From a virus: 64,000 nt of DNA. Made by a program: the position numbers and the translations under genes. The notes below the pieces were generated by a model. It did no database searches. It had not been told where the DNA came from and worked only from the letters and a program-made list of their open reading frames with translations. Position 1 is the first letter of the stretch. Each line of letters begins with the position of its first letter. Shown one piece after another: positions 35,790-45,906 of the stretch. The stretch covers positions 54,465 through 118,464 of the IMG/VR virus record IMGVR_UViG_3300032334_001019, one strand, 5' to 3'.

Positions 35790-37823
35790 ATGTCAGATTT
35801 TTTTAGTTTTAGACTTCCAGAAGATTTTGTAGAAAAGTACAAGAATACAGAAAGCCCATTTGGATTTAAAGATGCAGCAGAAAATTCACTTGGAGAGATT
35901 ACTTTTATTCGTACATATTCTCGGATGAAGGAAGATGGAACTAAGGAAAGATGGCACGAAGTATGTCGTCGTGTAATTGAAGGTATGTATTCAGTTCAAA
36001 AGAATCATGCTAAAGAAAACCGTCTTCCATGGAATGACTATAAGGCTCAGAAGTCAGCACAAGAAGCATTCCAAAGAATGTTTGAGTTGAAGTGGACCCC
36101 ACCAGGACGAGGTATGTGGGCATTTGGAACTCCTATGACTATGGAGAAAAAGAACTCAGCAGCACTGCAAAACTGTGCAATGGTTTCTACAAAGGACCTT
36201 GACAAGAATGATCCAGGAGCATTATTTGCTTGGGTTATGGATGCACTTATGCTTGGCATTGGTGTAGGGTTTGATACAGTTGGACAGGATAAGAATTTTT
36301 CAATCTATGCCCCAACAGAACCAGAACAGGTGTTTGAAATCCCAGATACCCGTGAAGGATGGGTAGAATCAGTTAGACTTTTAATCAACTCTTACCTAAG
36401 ACCAAACCAGAGCATTCAGAAGTTTAACTATGATTTGATTAGACCTCTTGGAGCACCTATTAAGGGCTTTGGAGGCGTTGCATCAGGACCTGCACCTCTT
36501 ATCAAGTTGCACGACCAGATAGACCGTGTAATCGGCTCCAGAGGCGGGGAAACACTAGATTCTCGTGCCATCGTAGACTTAGTAAACCTTATTGGTACAT
36601 GCGTTGTATCAGGCAATGTACGTAGGTCAGCAACACTTGCTTTAGGTAACGCTGGTGATGATACATTTATGAATTTAAAGAACTCAGAAATGTTCCCAGA
36701 GCGCAACTCGTTTGATCCAGAAAATCCAGGTTGGGCTTGGATGTCAAACAATTCTATTTCAGCAGAAGTAGGAACAAAGTACGAAGATTATGTAGATTTA
36801 ATTACAGAAAACGGAGAACCAGGTTTTATTTGGCTTGATGTTGCTCGTAATTATGGACGACTAAAGGATGCGCCAGACGGTAAGGATTATCGTGTGATGG
36901 GATTTAACCCATGTGCGGAGCAGCCATTGGAATCATATGAATTGTGTACACTTGTAGAAGTGCACTTGAATCGTCATGAATCTAAGGAAGACTTCCTGCG
37001 TACCCTGAAGTTTGCATACCTTTATGGAAAGACTGTAACTCTTGTTCCAACACACTGGCCACAAACAAACGGTATCATGCAACGCAACCGTCGTATTGGT
37101 ACATCACTAACAGGTATTGCGTCATTTGCAGATCAAAAGGGTTTGCCAATTGTTCGTGAGTGGATGGACGAAGGATACAACAAGATCCGTCACTATGACC
37201 ACCAGTATTCAGAATGGCTTTGTGTTCGTGAATCAATTCGTGTAACAACAGTTAAACCATCAGGATCAGTTTCAATTCTTTCTGGTGCAACTCCTGGAGT
37301 TCACTGGGGTCCTGGAGGAAACTTCTTCCTTCGTGCAGTTAGATTTGGAAACACAGATCCAATGATGCACTTGTTTAAAGCAGCAGGGTACACAATTGAA
37401 GATGACGTAGTATCAGCAAATACATCAGTAGTTTACTTCCCAATTAAATCAGGCCATCCAAGATCTGAAAAAGATGTAACATTGTTTGAAAAAATTGCAC
37501 TTGCTGCAACTGCTCAAAAGTATTGGTCTGATAACGGTGTTTCTGTAACGCTTTCTTTTGACAAGGAAACAGAATCAAAGCATGTTGTTCCAGCACTTCA
37601 TATGTACGAAGGACAACTAAAGGCAGTATCATTCCTTCCAATGGGAAATACAGTTTATCCACAACAGCCATATACTCAGATTACTGAAGAAGAGTATAAT
37701 AGTTATGTTGGAAAGTTGAAGCACATTGACTTTGGAGCAATTTACGACGGTGTGGACAATCTAGAAGCACAAGGTGAAGCATATTGCACAACTGATTATT
37801 GTGAAATTAAGATAGGAAAGTAA
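35790..37823 (+). CDS. nrdJ: class II (adenosylcobalamin-dependent, RTPR-type) ribonucleotide reductase
   Basis: PPGRG, LQNCA, GNVRRSA, NPCAEQPLESYELC, TTVKPSGSVS and C-terminal CTTDYC; no beta-subunit gene nearby. Confidence 0.9.
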   Translation: MSDFFSFRLPEDFVEKYKNTESPFGFKDAAENSLGEITFIRTYSRMKEDGTKERWHEVCRRVIEGMYSVQKNHAKENRLPWNDYKAQKSAQEAFQRMFELKWTPPGRGMWAFGTPMTMEKKNSAALQNCAMVSTKDLDKNDPGALFAWVMDALMLGIGVGFDTVGQDKNFSIYAPTEPEQVFEIPDTREGWVESVRLLINSYLRPNQSIQKFNYDLIRPLGAPIKGFGGVASGPAPLIKLHDQIDRVIGSRGGETLDSRAIVDLVNLIGTCVVSGNVRRSATLALGNAGDDTFMNLKNSEMFPERNSFDPENPGWAWMSNNSISAEVGTKYEDYVDLITENGEPGFIWLDVARNYGRLKDAPDGKDYRVMGFNPCAEQPLESYELCTLVEVHLNRHESKEDFLRTLKFAYLYGKTVTLVPTHWPQTNGIMQRNRRIGTSLTGIASFADQKGLPIVREWMDEGYNKIRHYDHQYSEWLCVRESIRVTTVKPSGSVSILSGATPGVHWGPGGNFFLRAVRFGNTDPMMHLFKAAGYTIEDDVVSANTSVVYFPIKSGHPRSEKDVTLFEKIALAATAQKYWSDNGVSVTLSFDKETESKHVVPALHMYEGQLKAVSFLPMGNTVYPQQPYTQITEEEYNSYVGKLKHIDFGAIYDGVDNLEAQGEAYCTTDYCEIKIGK

Positions 37824-38428
37824 TGAATATAGTAGAAGGTTTTATTGATAAAGATGATCTAAAAGTTGTACAAGATTATCTTAGTACAATTGTTTTTCAC
37901 ACAAAAGAAGAACATGTCCCTCTTCATGATAATCTATTTGATAATGGTGCACCTTTCGATATTCATACTCGTGGAGAGATGCCAGATCATATCCTAGAAG
38001 TTTTTTCAAAGTATTCAAAGGGTTACTATAATTTAGTTCAATCAGAGAATACAGATGAATACCATCCAGCAATGTTTTCAAAACACTACATTGCAAGATA
38101 TAAGCCAGGATCTTCAGATCAACCACATCACAATGAGCATTCAAAGCCAGAAGGAACATATGTTTCATACATTGTTTGGCAGAACGCTAACTCTGGTGGA
38201 GAATTTATTTTTCCTAAATTAGAAAAAACATTTTTGGCAAACCCTGGAGATCTTATTTATTTTAAGGATACAGAAGAAAATATGCATGGTCTATCAGAAA
38301 TTAAAGATGGGTTCTTATTTTTATCTGAGGCATGGATGGGTAAAAAGGGTCAACTTTGGATGGAAAATAGAAGTACATATGAAGAGGTTCAGTGGGATGA
38401 CTGGGAGATAAAAGGTTTTCATGAGTGA
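37823..38428 (+). CDS. prolyl-4-hydroxylase-like 2OG-Fe(II) oxygenase, possibly degenerate
   Basis: ARYKPG..PHHNE...SGGEFIFP...PGDLIYF...MHG; lacks canonical HxD and the distal Arg. Confidence 0.55.
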   Translation: MNIVEGFIDKDDLKVVQDYLSTIVFHTKEEHVPLHDNLFDNGAPFDIHTRGEMPDHILEVFSKYSKGYYNLVQSENTDEYHPAMFSKHYIARYKPGSSDQPHHNEHSKPEGTYVSYIVWQNANSGGEFIFPKLEKTFLANPGDLIYFKDTEENMHGLSEIKDGFLFLSEAWMGKKGQLWMENRSTYEEVQWDDWEIKGFHE

Positions 38429-38930
38429 CAAGATTAAACTTGTAAAAGGTTTTATGGATGCTAAAGATGCAGAAATAATCTCATCATATGCTAAATCTGT
38501 AGATCACACTTTTACTGAGTTTGGTAATGGAGAAAAAGAGTTTACCTTTCATGCTTCTTTTGAAAATACAGATGTCTTAAATCTTTTAAATGATTATGGC
38601 AAGTTAGTTCTTGGCTTTGTTAATAACAATTACGAAGGACCATTTCCAGACTTTGATTCATCAAAAACACATATTGCTCGTTTCCAAGAGGGAGTGGGTA
38701 TGCATGAGCACTTTGACTCAACAAAGCCAAATGATATTGCAACACTCATATATTTAAATGACTCTTACGAGGGTGGAGATATATATTTCCCAGATCATGG
38801 TGTAAGCATAAAGCCAGAACCAGGAGATTTAGTTTGTTTTCCAGATACTCCAGATTTTGTGCATGGAGTTAGACCAATTACAAGTGGTATTAGATATACA
38901 TCACCCCGTTGGTTTACACGCATAGTGTGA
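38421..38930 (+). CDS. prolyl-4-hydroxylase-like 2OG-Fe(II) oxygenase
   Basis: EHFD...LIYLNDSYEGGDIYFP...PGDLVCFP...HGVRPITSGIRY. Confidence 0.8.
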   Translation: MSDKIKLVKGFMDAKDAEIISSYAKSVDHTFTEFGNGEKEFTFHASFENTDVLNLLNDYGKLVLGFVNNNYEGPFPDFDSSKTHIARFQEGVGMHEHFDSTKPNDIATLIYLNDSYEGGDIYFPDHGVSIKPEPGDLVCFPDTPDFVHGVRPITSGIRYTSPRWFTRIV

Positions 38931-38945
38931 TAAAATAGACTTATA

Positions 38946-41900
38946 ATGTCTAGTCCATCAAATCTATATGCAGAAAAAATTTTCGCAGAACACCCCATTA
39001 GTCTTTGGGCACTAGACGATGCAGCAGACTATATAGATTTATTAACTGATGCAAAAAGAGATTTTTCTCTTTGGTCAATTACTGGCGGTACATCTGAAAT
39101 ATTAGGACTCGCACAGTATGACCAACCATTTGTAGATTCACCAGTTGTTAGGCTAGAGGGTGCAATACCATCATCAGAATCTGGACAGATTGTATTTGTA
39201 AGTTCAAACGTTCTAAATTTAAATACACTCAACGATACACTTGGAACATTCTCTATTGGATGTGTCGTAAACTCTGAGAGCGCATATTTGTCTAGTGTTG
39301 AAATTGGATATGAGTATGACAATCCAGTTGTTGGAGAAAACCCAATACAAGAGTTAAAAAGATTTAATGCATCGTTTAAGGATAGATGGTTTTTTATATC
39401 TCAAACAGTAGAAACACCAAATGTTAATGCAAACGTAAGAATAGTTTTAAAGATTAACTATATTGGTGGAGCAACAGAAACAGATAGTTATAGATTTTTG
39501 GTAAATGGCTTTACTTTTGGTCAGTGGTCTGAAGAGTTTAACGCATCATCTTTGGGAGTTCAAAAAGTATTAGTTCCAAGTTCAATTGCGTTGCCAACAA
39601 CATATGGAATTGAAGCATCAGCATATGGTTTGCAAGAAAACAAGGGTTACTATTTATTATCAGACAATGCTCTTCTTGCAAAAAATACTGGAATACCATT
39701 GGTATATGGTGCATCTAATCTAACAAGGCTTTCGCCAAATAACAATCTGCCATCATTAATAATTCCTGGCTTAGGATTTCTTGGTGAAGATGGGCAGTAT
39801 AAAGATTACACATTAGAGATGTGGCTAAGAGTAAATTCAGATAGTTCAACATCAAAAAGAATTGTAGGACCAATAGGATCTACTGATGGGCTATACGTAA
39901 ATGGTCCATTTCTAACATTAAAAATAAATAATAACATTGGCTCTTATTATGTTGGAGAATGGGCACGACCAATGTTGATTCATATAAGAGTTTCAAATAA
40001 CTATGCTTCATTATTGGTAAATGGTGAAGAGGTTATATCTTTAAATTATATTACTTCTGATTTGTCTTTTCCTTCAAGATTAAACAGTGATGGCAAAGAT
40101 CAGGATTGGCTTGGCTTCTATGCTTACAATGATGTTACTCCAGTTGAAGTAGACTGCGTTGCATTATATACATATCAGGTACCAATTGTCTTAGCAAAAA
40201 AGAGATTCGTATATGGTCAGGGTGTAGAGTTTCCAGAGGGTATAAATCAAGCATATAGTGGATCATCTGTTTATATTGATTATCCATTTGCAGATTATAC
40301 AAATAACTATTCGTATCCGACTATAGGTAATTGGAATCAGGCAACTATTGATAATCTTGTTGTTAAAAATAATACACTTACAACACCAGATTATTCTTTG
40401 CCATCCATAGTTTTGAGTAATGGAACTACTGAAGATTTTTACTCAGATATGAAGCAATTAAATGAAGACTATACTGAGTCAGATACATTCTTATCTTTTA
40501 AAAATCTAGATGGTGGTCATTTAGTATTTGAAGACTTAAACTTTTTAAAACAAAACATTAAGTCTTTTTATGGATCATTCAAGTTTTTAGAAGAGCCTAC
40601 ATCACAACAAACATTATTGCGTTTAGAATCAGATATAACATCAGACTATTTTGAAGTTGTAACTGATGGACTTTCAATAAAATATAATCTTAGTTACATG
40701 TCAAACATAGAAACACTTGCAACATTTTCATGGATGGGGATTGGAGAAATTTTTTCAGTTGGCATAGATATAGATAGAATGTGTGAATACTATGGTGGTT
40801 CAGTGTCATCATTTTTTGGTAACATAAATAGCCTCAAGTGTTATGTTGGCGGTATGTCAGATTTATCAGAAACCTTTCAGGGCAATATCTATAAGATTGG
40901 TTTTTGTACAGCAAGAAATCATCAAAAAATAAAAGATTTGTTTAGTGAGCGTGGAGTTCCAATAGACTATGAAAGCGTATTTGATTCATATATGGAAACA
41001 CCAGATGTTGACTACAACTCTACAGATGATTATTTTGGAACAAGTTCATATATTTGGGAAGAAATAATCGATGGCGGGTTTGAGACATCATTTGCATCAG
41101 ACGGACTGCAGGCTCACACAGCAAGTTATACACTTGTACCACAACTATATTTTGATAACTATGCTTTAGATATTGATATTCATTCATATTGGGAAGACTA
41201 TGTGCCAGTTACATATTTTGCACAGTATGTTGAGGATGAGTTTGGTGATTTATCTTATGATGTAGATTTTATTCAGTTTAATATAAACTATCCATCACCT
41301 TCTAAAACAACAGATGATATATATGATGCATCTAATTCTATGCTTAGATCTTATGTAAGTTTTCAATATGTTCAAAATGGAGCAAATCTTCCAGAAACTA
41401 ACTTTACAAATATTGAGTTGCCATCAAGCAGTTTAATTGTTTCTCCTCAGTCTGATTGGATGCAAACAAGGTATGAAGTTCTAAACAATAGCATTATATA
41501 TATGCCAGATTCTGTAAGTAAGACTGACCTTGCTCTGGTTACACATTTAGATTTTAATGTGAAAGGTATTTTGAAAAATAAAATAACTATAAGAAGTTTA
41601 GAGTATGCTTCACAGGCATTCAATTCTACATCTCCAAATCCAATTGGAACAAGATTTGGTAATGAAATTTATCCATATAAAAAGTCTGGATTCTATTATA
41701 GTTATAAAGATCAAAACCCATTTTCAATTTATAAAGGAAGTTCTCCATACCTATATCTAACTAGATATTCTGGAATAGAAGTAAAGGGTGATAATCATCC
41801 AGGAGTTAATCGTGGACTTGCTATTCCAATTAATACAAAATTGGCAACCAACTATAAAGTTATGGCTATGCAATCTGCAATACGATACGATCATGACTCA

Positions 41901-42503
41901 TTCCCAACAGCACCAGTTGAGATATTTGAGATTGAGTCAAAAAATGCACACATAAAGTTTTTCCTTGTATCTGTACATTCAAGCGGGGAAAGAGGAAAGA
42001 TTTATGCAGTAAATGCAAAGAATGGAATTATTGAAGAAGGTATTGGCTTTTATTGGAATGGCAAAATTGTTAGAGAGCCAGTAATCAATATAAAGGAATG
42101 GGGATTCTTGGGAATCTCATTTCCAAATACACTAGATTTTAAAAATGTAGTTGGTGCAATTAGAATTAATGGACCAATGACATTTAATACGATATCTCAC
42201 TATCAGTCAACAAACTTGCAAGAGGTCCAGCAGGTTGAGGTTAGACCTTGGTTCAATGTTAAGTATGTTGGTCCGCTAACCCTTGAGTGGGATTACTGGA
42301 GATCTTCCTCATTTGTATGGAATGAGGTTTTGGTCTTGTCTTCAACAAGTTATTATGGTGTTGATCCATCCACAATTTATAAGAGTTATACTGGAACAAA
42401 TAAGATTATTATTGATAGTGAAAAGGTCTTAACTCTAAATAAGTATGAATATAATGTGTATCAAGATATAACTTGGCAGCAAACAACCTCAAATGCTGTC
42501 TAA
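38946..42503 (+). CDS. large virion protein with LamG/concanavalin-like beta domains
   Basis: HPISLWALDD start and YTLEMWLR...LLVNGEEV LamG-like strands. Confidence 0.55.
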   Translation: MSSPSNLYAEKIFAEHPISLWALDDAADYIDLLTDAKRDFSLWSITGGTSEILGLAQYDQPFVDSPVVRLEGAIPSSESGQIVFVSSNVLNLNTLNDTLGTFSIGCVVNSESAYLSSVEIGYEYDNPVVGENPIQELKRFNASFKDRWFFISQTVETPNVNANVRIVLKINYIGGATETDSYRFLVNGFTFGQWSEEFNASSLGVQKVLVPSSIALPTTYGIEASAYGLQENKGYYLLSDNALLAKNTGIPLVYGASNLTRLSPNNNLPSLIIPGLGFLGEDGQYKDYTLEMWLRVNSDSSTSKRIVGPIGSTDGLYVNGPFLTLKINNNIGSYYVGEWARPMLIHIRVSNNYASLLVNGEEVISLNYITSDLSFPSRLNSDGKDQDWLGFYAYNDVTPVEVDCVALYTYQVPIVLAKKRFVYGQGVEFPEGINQAYSGSSVYIDYPFADYTNNYSYPTIGNWNQATIDNLVVKNNTLTTPDYSLPSIVLSNGTTEDFYSDMKQLNEDYTESDTFLSFKNLDGGHLVFEDLNFLKQNIKSFYGSFKFLEEPTSQQTLLRLESDITSDYFEVVTDGLSIKYNLSYMSNIETLATFSWMGIGEIFSVGIDIDRMCEYYGGSVSSFFGNINSLKCYVGGMSDLSETFQGNIYKIGFCTARNHQKIKDLFSERGVPIDYESVFDSYMETPDVDYNSTDDYFGTSSYIWEEIIDGGFETSFASDGLQAHTASYTLVPQLYFDNYALDIDIHSYWEDYVPVTYFAQYVEDEFGDLSYDVDFIQFNINYPSPSKTTDDIYDASNSMLRSYVSFQYVQNGANLPETNFTNIELPSSSLIVSPQSDWMQTRYEVLNNSIIYMPDSVSKTDLALVTHLDFNVKGILKNKITIRSLEYASQAFNSTSPNPIGTRFGNEIYPYKKSGFYYSYKDQNPFSIYKGSSPYLYLTRYSGIEVKGDNHPGVNRGLAIPINTKLATNYKVMAMQSAIRYDHDSFPTAPVEIFEIESKNAHIKFFLVSVHSSGERGKIYAVNAKNGIIEEGIGFYWNGKIVREPVINIKEWGFLGISFPNTLDFKNVVGAIRINGPMTFNTISHYQSTNLQEVQQVEVRPWFNVKYVGPLTLEWDYWRSSSFVWNEVLVLSSTSYYGVDPSTIYKSYTGTNKIIIDSEKVLTLNKYEYNVYQDITWQQTTSNAV

Positions 42504-42521
42504 TATGGTATACTTGTAGTT

Positions 42522-42926
42522 ATGAATCTCGAAAATCCAAAGAAAAAGCGTAAAGCATTGCCTAAAATGAAGGGGCAGGTGGGCGAGTCTCGTGCAAAAA
42601 TTATTGAAAAGCATTATGACTGGGGTTTATATGTTTACAAAAAGGCCAATGGAAAATGGTTTACAGACGGAACTGGTTCAGTTTTAAACATTGAATCAAT
42701 GAAGGGTGACATACTTCAGATATCTAAACTTAAAGAGGCAGCAAAATATTATGGTGATGAGGGAGATGGCGAATGCATCTTCGTGCCAGGATTAACTAGA
42801 ATTTCAGAAGAGGAATATTCTGAGCAAAAGCAAAGATTGTCTGAAGGACTAATTCCTTCAATGAATGACCTTGGAGCAGTTCAAGCAGCCAAGGATACTA
42901 TTGCAAAATATGGAAGTGATGACTAA
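42522..42926 (+). CDS. hypothetical protein upstream of portal
   Basis: 134 aa, coupled to the portal gene. Confidence 0.6.
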   Translation: MNLENPKKKRKALPKMKGQVGESRAKIIEKHYDWGLYVYKKANGKWFTDGTGSVLNIESMKGDILQISKLKEAAKYYGDEGDGECIFVPGLTRISEEEYSEQKQRLSEGLIPSMNDLGAVQAAKDTIAKYGSDD

Positions 42927-44512
42927 TGGCAGAAGAAAAAGAATTTTTTATTAGAGCAAAAATAGATTCACCTTTGCCAGAAGATGATACTTTTGCCAAG
43001 CAAGATCCATTTAACCAAACCTGGGATGTAATCAAAGATTTGCAGGGATTAGATAATAACTTTAAAAGAAGAACATCAAGACTAGTAAAGACAGAAGCAT
43101 CACAAGGATACATAGATAGTTCAAGAGCAGTAAGTTCTGGAATTGACGGAGCACAGTCAAAAGAAATAAACCCAGGAACAGTTTATAGAAATGCATACGG
43201 TCTGTTTGATGTAATTACTCCTCCATGGAACCTGTATGAACTTGCAAGTTTTTATGATACATCATTTGCAAACCATGCCGCTATTGATGCAAAGGTAGAA
43301 AATATTGTTGGACTTGGATACGAGTTTGAGGTATCAGCAAGAACAATGCTTAAACTAGAAGCATCTGAACCAAAGACAGCAGAAAATGCAAGAAAAAGAA
43401 TTGAACGAGCAAAGATTGAAATGCGTGATTGGCTTGAATCGCTAAATGATGAAGATTCATTTACAACTACAATGGAAAAGGTTTTTACAGATCTACAATC
43501 TACAGGAAATGCTTACCTAGAAATTGGTCGCACAGTTCGTGGAGAGATTGGATATGTTGGACACATACCATCTACTACCATGCGTGTGCGTAGACTTCGT
43601 GATGGTTTTGTTCAGGTAATTGGAAATAAAGTTGTTTACTTCCGTAACTTTGGGGCAACAAATCCTAATCCAATTGGAACAGATGCACGACCAAATGAAA
43701 TTATTCACTTTAAAGAATACTCACCACTAAATACTTTTTATGGTGTTCCAGATATCATGTCTGCAATTGGTTCTCTTCATGGAGACATGCTTGCATCTCA
43801 GTACAACATTGATTATTTCCAGAACAAAGCAACACCAAGATATGTTGTAACATTAAAGGGTGCTAAGTTATCACCAGAAGCAGAAGACAAAATGTTTAGA
43901 TTCCTTCAAACAGGACTCAAAGGGCAAAACCACAGAACACTTTATATTCCACTTCCTGGAGATTCTGATACCAACAAGGTAGAGTTTAAAATGGATCCAG
44001 TTGAAAATGGAATTCAAGAGGCATCATTTAAGGAGTACAGAAAGCAAAACCGTGATGATATTCTTGTTGCACATCAAGTTCCACTTTCTAAGATTGGTGG
44101 TTCTGACTCAGCAGCAATCGCTGCAGCACTTTCACAGGACCGTACATTCAAAGAGCAGGTTGCAAGACCAGCACAAAGAAATCTAGAAAAAATGATCAAT
44201 AAGATCGTAAAGGAAAAGACAGACATCCTTGATTTTAAGTTTAATGAACTCACCTTAACAGATGAGATTGCTCAGTCACAAATTATTGAAAGACTTGTTA
44301 AGACACAAGTCATGCTTCCTAACGAGGGTAGAGAGATTCTTGGGCTACCACAAAGAAAGGGAGGAGACGAGCCATTCAATCCAAAGCCAGAGCAGGCAGC
44401 AAATGATAACGCAAATCGTGCACGGGATACGGAACGAACAAACAACCAGTCTGATGGAGCAGCCACTATAAGTGGTAGAAATCCAAAGGGTGAAGGACGA
44501 TCATCTCAATAA
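42926..44512 (+). CDS. portal protein
   Basis: TGNAYLEI, EIIHFK..SP...FYGVP, YFQNKATP, HQVP..KIG, NEGREILGLP. Confidence 0.9.
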   Translation: MAEEKEFFIRAKIDSPLPEDDTFAKQDPFNQTWDVIKDLQGLDNNFKRRTSRLVKTEASQGYIDSSRAVSSGIDGAQSKEINPGTVYRNAYGLFDVITPPWNLYELASFYDTSFANHAAIDAKVENIVGLGYEFEVSARTMLKLEASEPKTAENARKRIERAKIEMRDWLESLNDEDSFTTTMEKVFTDLQSTGNAYLEIGRTVRGEIGYVGHIPSTTMRVRRLRDGFVQVIGNKVVYFRNFGATNPNPIGTDARPNEIIHFKEYSPLNTFYGVPDIMSAIGSLHGDMLASQYNIDYFQNKATPRYVVTLKGAKLSPEAEDKMFRFLQTGLKGQNHRTLYIPLPGDSDTNKVEFKMDPVENGIQEASFKEYRKQNRDDILVAHQVPLSKIGGSDSAAIAAALSQDRTFKEQVARPAQRNLEKMINKIVKEKTDILDFKFNELTLTDEIAQSQIIERLVKTQVMLPNEGREILGLPQRKGGDEPFNPKPEQAANDNANRARDTERTNNQSDGAATISGRNPKGEGRSSQ

Positions 44513-44551
44513 ATGAGACTTGTCTAAAAAGGCGCTATAATATATACTACC

Positions 44552-45868
44552 ATGACTATCTCTAAAGCCCATTGGAACACTGAGGGCGACAATGTTCGCC
44601 TATCGATGCCACTTACCAAGGTTGACAAGGAAAGACGTATTGTCTCTGGTTTTGCATCTTTAGATAATGTTGATAAGCAAGATGACATTGTAACATCAGA
44701 GGCATCACTAGATGCATTTGCAAGATTTCGTGGAAACATTAGAGAAATGCATCAACCATCAGCAGTAGGCAAGATGGTTTCATTTAAAGAAGATAAGTAT
44801 TTTGATCCAGAGACAAAGAAATTTTATAAGGGCGTTTTTGTCTCCGCCTATATTTCTAAAGGTGCACAAGATGCATGGGAAAAAGTTCTAGATGGAACAT
44901 ACACTGGTTTTTCTATCGGCGGTAGAATGAACAAGTGGGATGATGCATATGATGAGAAATCAGATAAAACAATTCGTGTTATTAAGGAATATGATTTAGT
45001 AGAGTTGAGTCTTGTAGATTCACCAGCAAATCAATTTGCAAATATTGTTTCAGTAGAAAAAGTTGATGGTGTAGATGTAGTCAAAGGTGACGAAACAATT
45101 TTAGAGAATGTTTTTTATGATAAAGAATCTGGTATAGTAATTGCTTCAGAAAATGAATCAGAATTAAGCCCAGTTACAGGTGAACAGATGACAAATATAG
45201 GATTCGTTGAAAAAACGGATAGCGAAAAAGTTAACATGATAAAATTCTTAGTTGATAGTGCTAAAGGCATTAATACTTCTAAGATTAACAAGGAGGTAAG
45301 TCCTATGACAGAAAACACAGAAACAGTTGCAGAAGTTATTGAAACAGAAGCAGTAGTAGAAGTAGAAACGTCAGAGGTCGCTCCAGAGGTTGATGCCGTA
45401 GTTGAAACACCTACAGAAGATGTTGTTAAGGCTGATGAAGCCACATCATCTGAAGAAATTGTAAAGTCTGAAGAGACTCCTGCAGTTGAAGTAGTTGCAG
45501 AAACTTCAGAGGTATCTAAGTCAGACGAAGCAATTGTTGATGCAGTTGCAGAAATCAAGAATACCCTAACATCTGCCTTTAGCGATCTAGTATCAACAGT
45601 AAAGTCTTTGCAAGCAGAAGTAGAACTTCTTAAGTCTTCAAAGGTTGATGTTGAAGAAGCAAGAAAATCATTTGAAGCAGTTGCAAAAGATATTGCAACA
45701 GCAGCACATGAGTTCAATGAATTTGGTAAGCGAGTAGACGCTGTAGAAGCAGATACCGCTTTCCGAAAGTCTGGCGATCTCGGCGAGATAGTACAGAATC
45801 AACCTGAAACGGTTGAAAAATCCCTATGGGGCGGTAGTTTCCTCAAAACAGCCGACTTATTCAATTAA
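44552..45868 (+). CDS. HK97-type prohead protease with acidic scaffold extension
   Basis: VSGFAS..VDKQDD, REMH, GFSIGG and ELSLVDSPAN, then an E/V-rich coiled coil. Confidence 0.85.
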   Translation: MTISKAHWNTEGDNVRLSMPLTKVDKERRIVSGFASLDNVDKQDDIVTSEASLDAFARFRGNIREMHQPSAVGKMVSFKEDKYFDPETKKFYKGVFVSAYISKGAQDAWEKVLDGTYTGFSIGGRMNKWDDAYDEKSDKTIRVIKEYDLVELSLVDSPANQFANIVSVEKVDGVDVVKGDETILENVFYDKESGIVIASENESELSPVTGEQMTNIGFVEKTDSEKVNMIKFLVDSAKGINTSKINKEVSPMTENTETVAEVIETEAVVEVETSEVAPEVDAVVETPTEDVVKADEATSSEEIVKSEETPAVEVVAETSEVSKSDEAIVDAVAEIKNTLTSAFSDLVSTVKSLQAEVELLKSSKVDVEEARKSFEAVAKDIATAAHEFNEFGKRVDAVEADTAFRKSGDLGEIVQNQPETVEKSLWGGSFLKTADLFN

Positions 45869-45906
45869 AAAAAATAAAATAAGTAAAATCACTAGGAGGT
45901 GACAAT

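Noticed and set aside
45115-45717. 200-aa antisense ORF, and similar antisense ORFs within the fibre, RNR and tape measure genes
   Set aside because: Antisense shadows of strongly biased codon usage; no recognisable motifs or translation signals.
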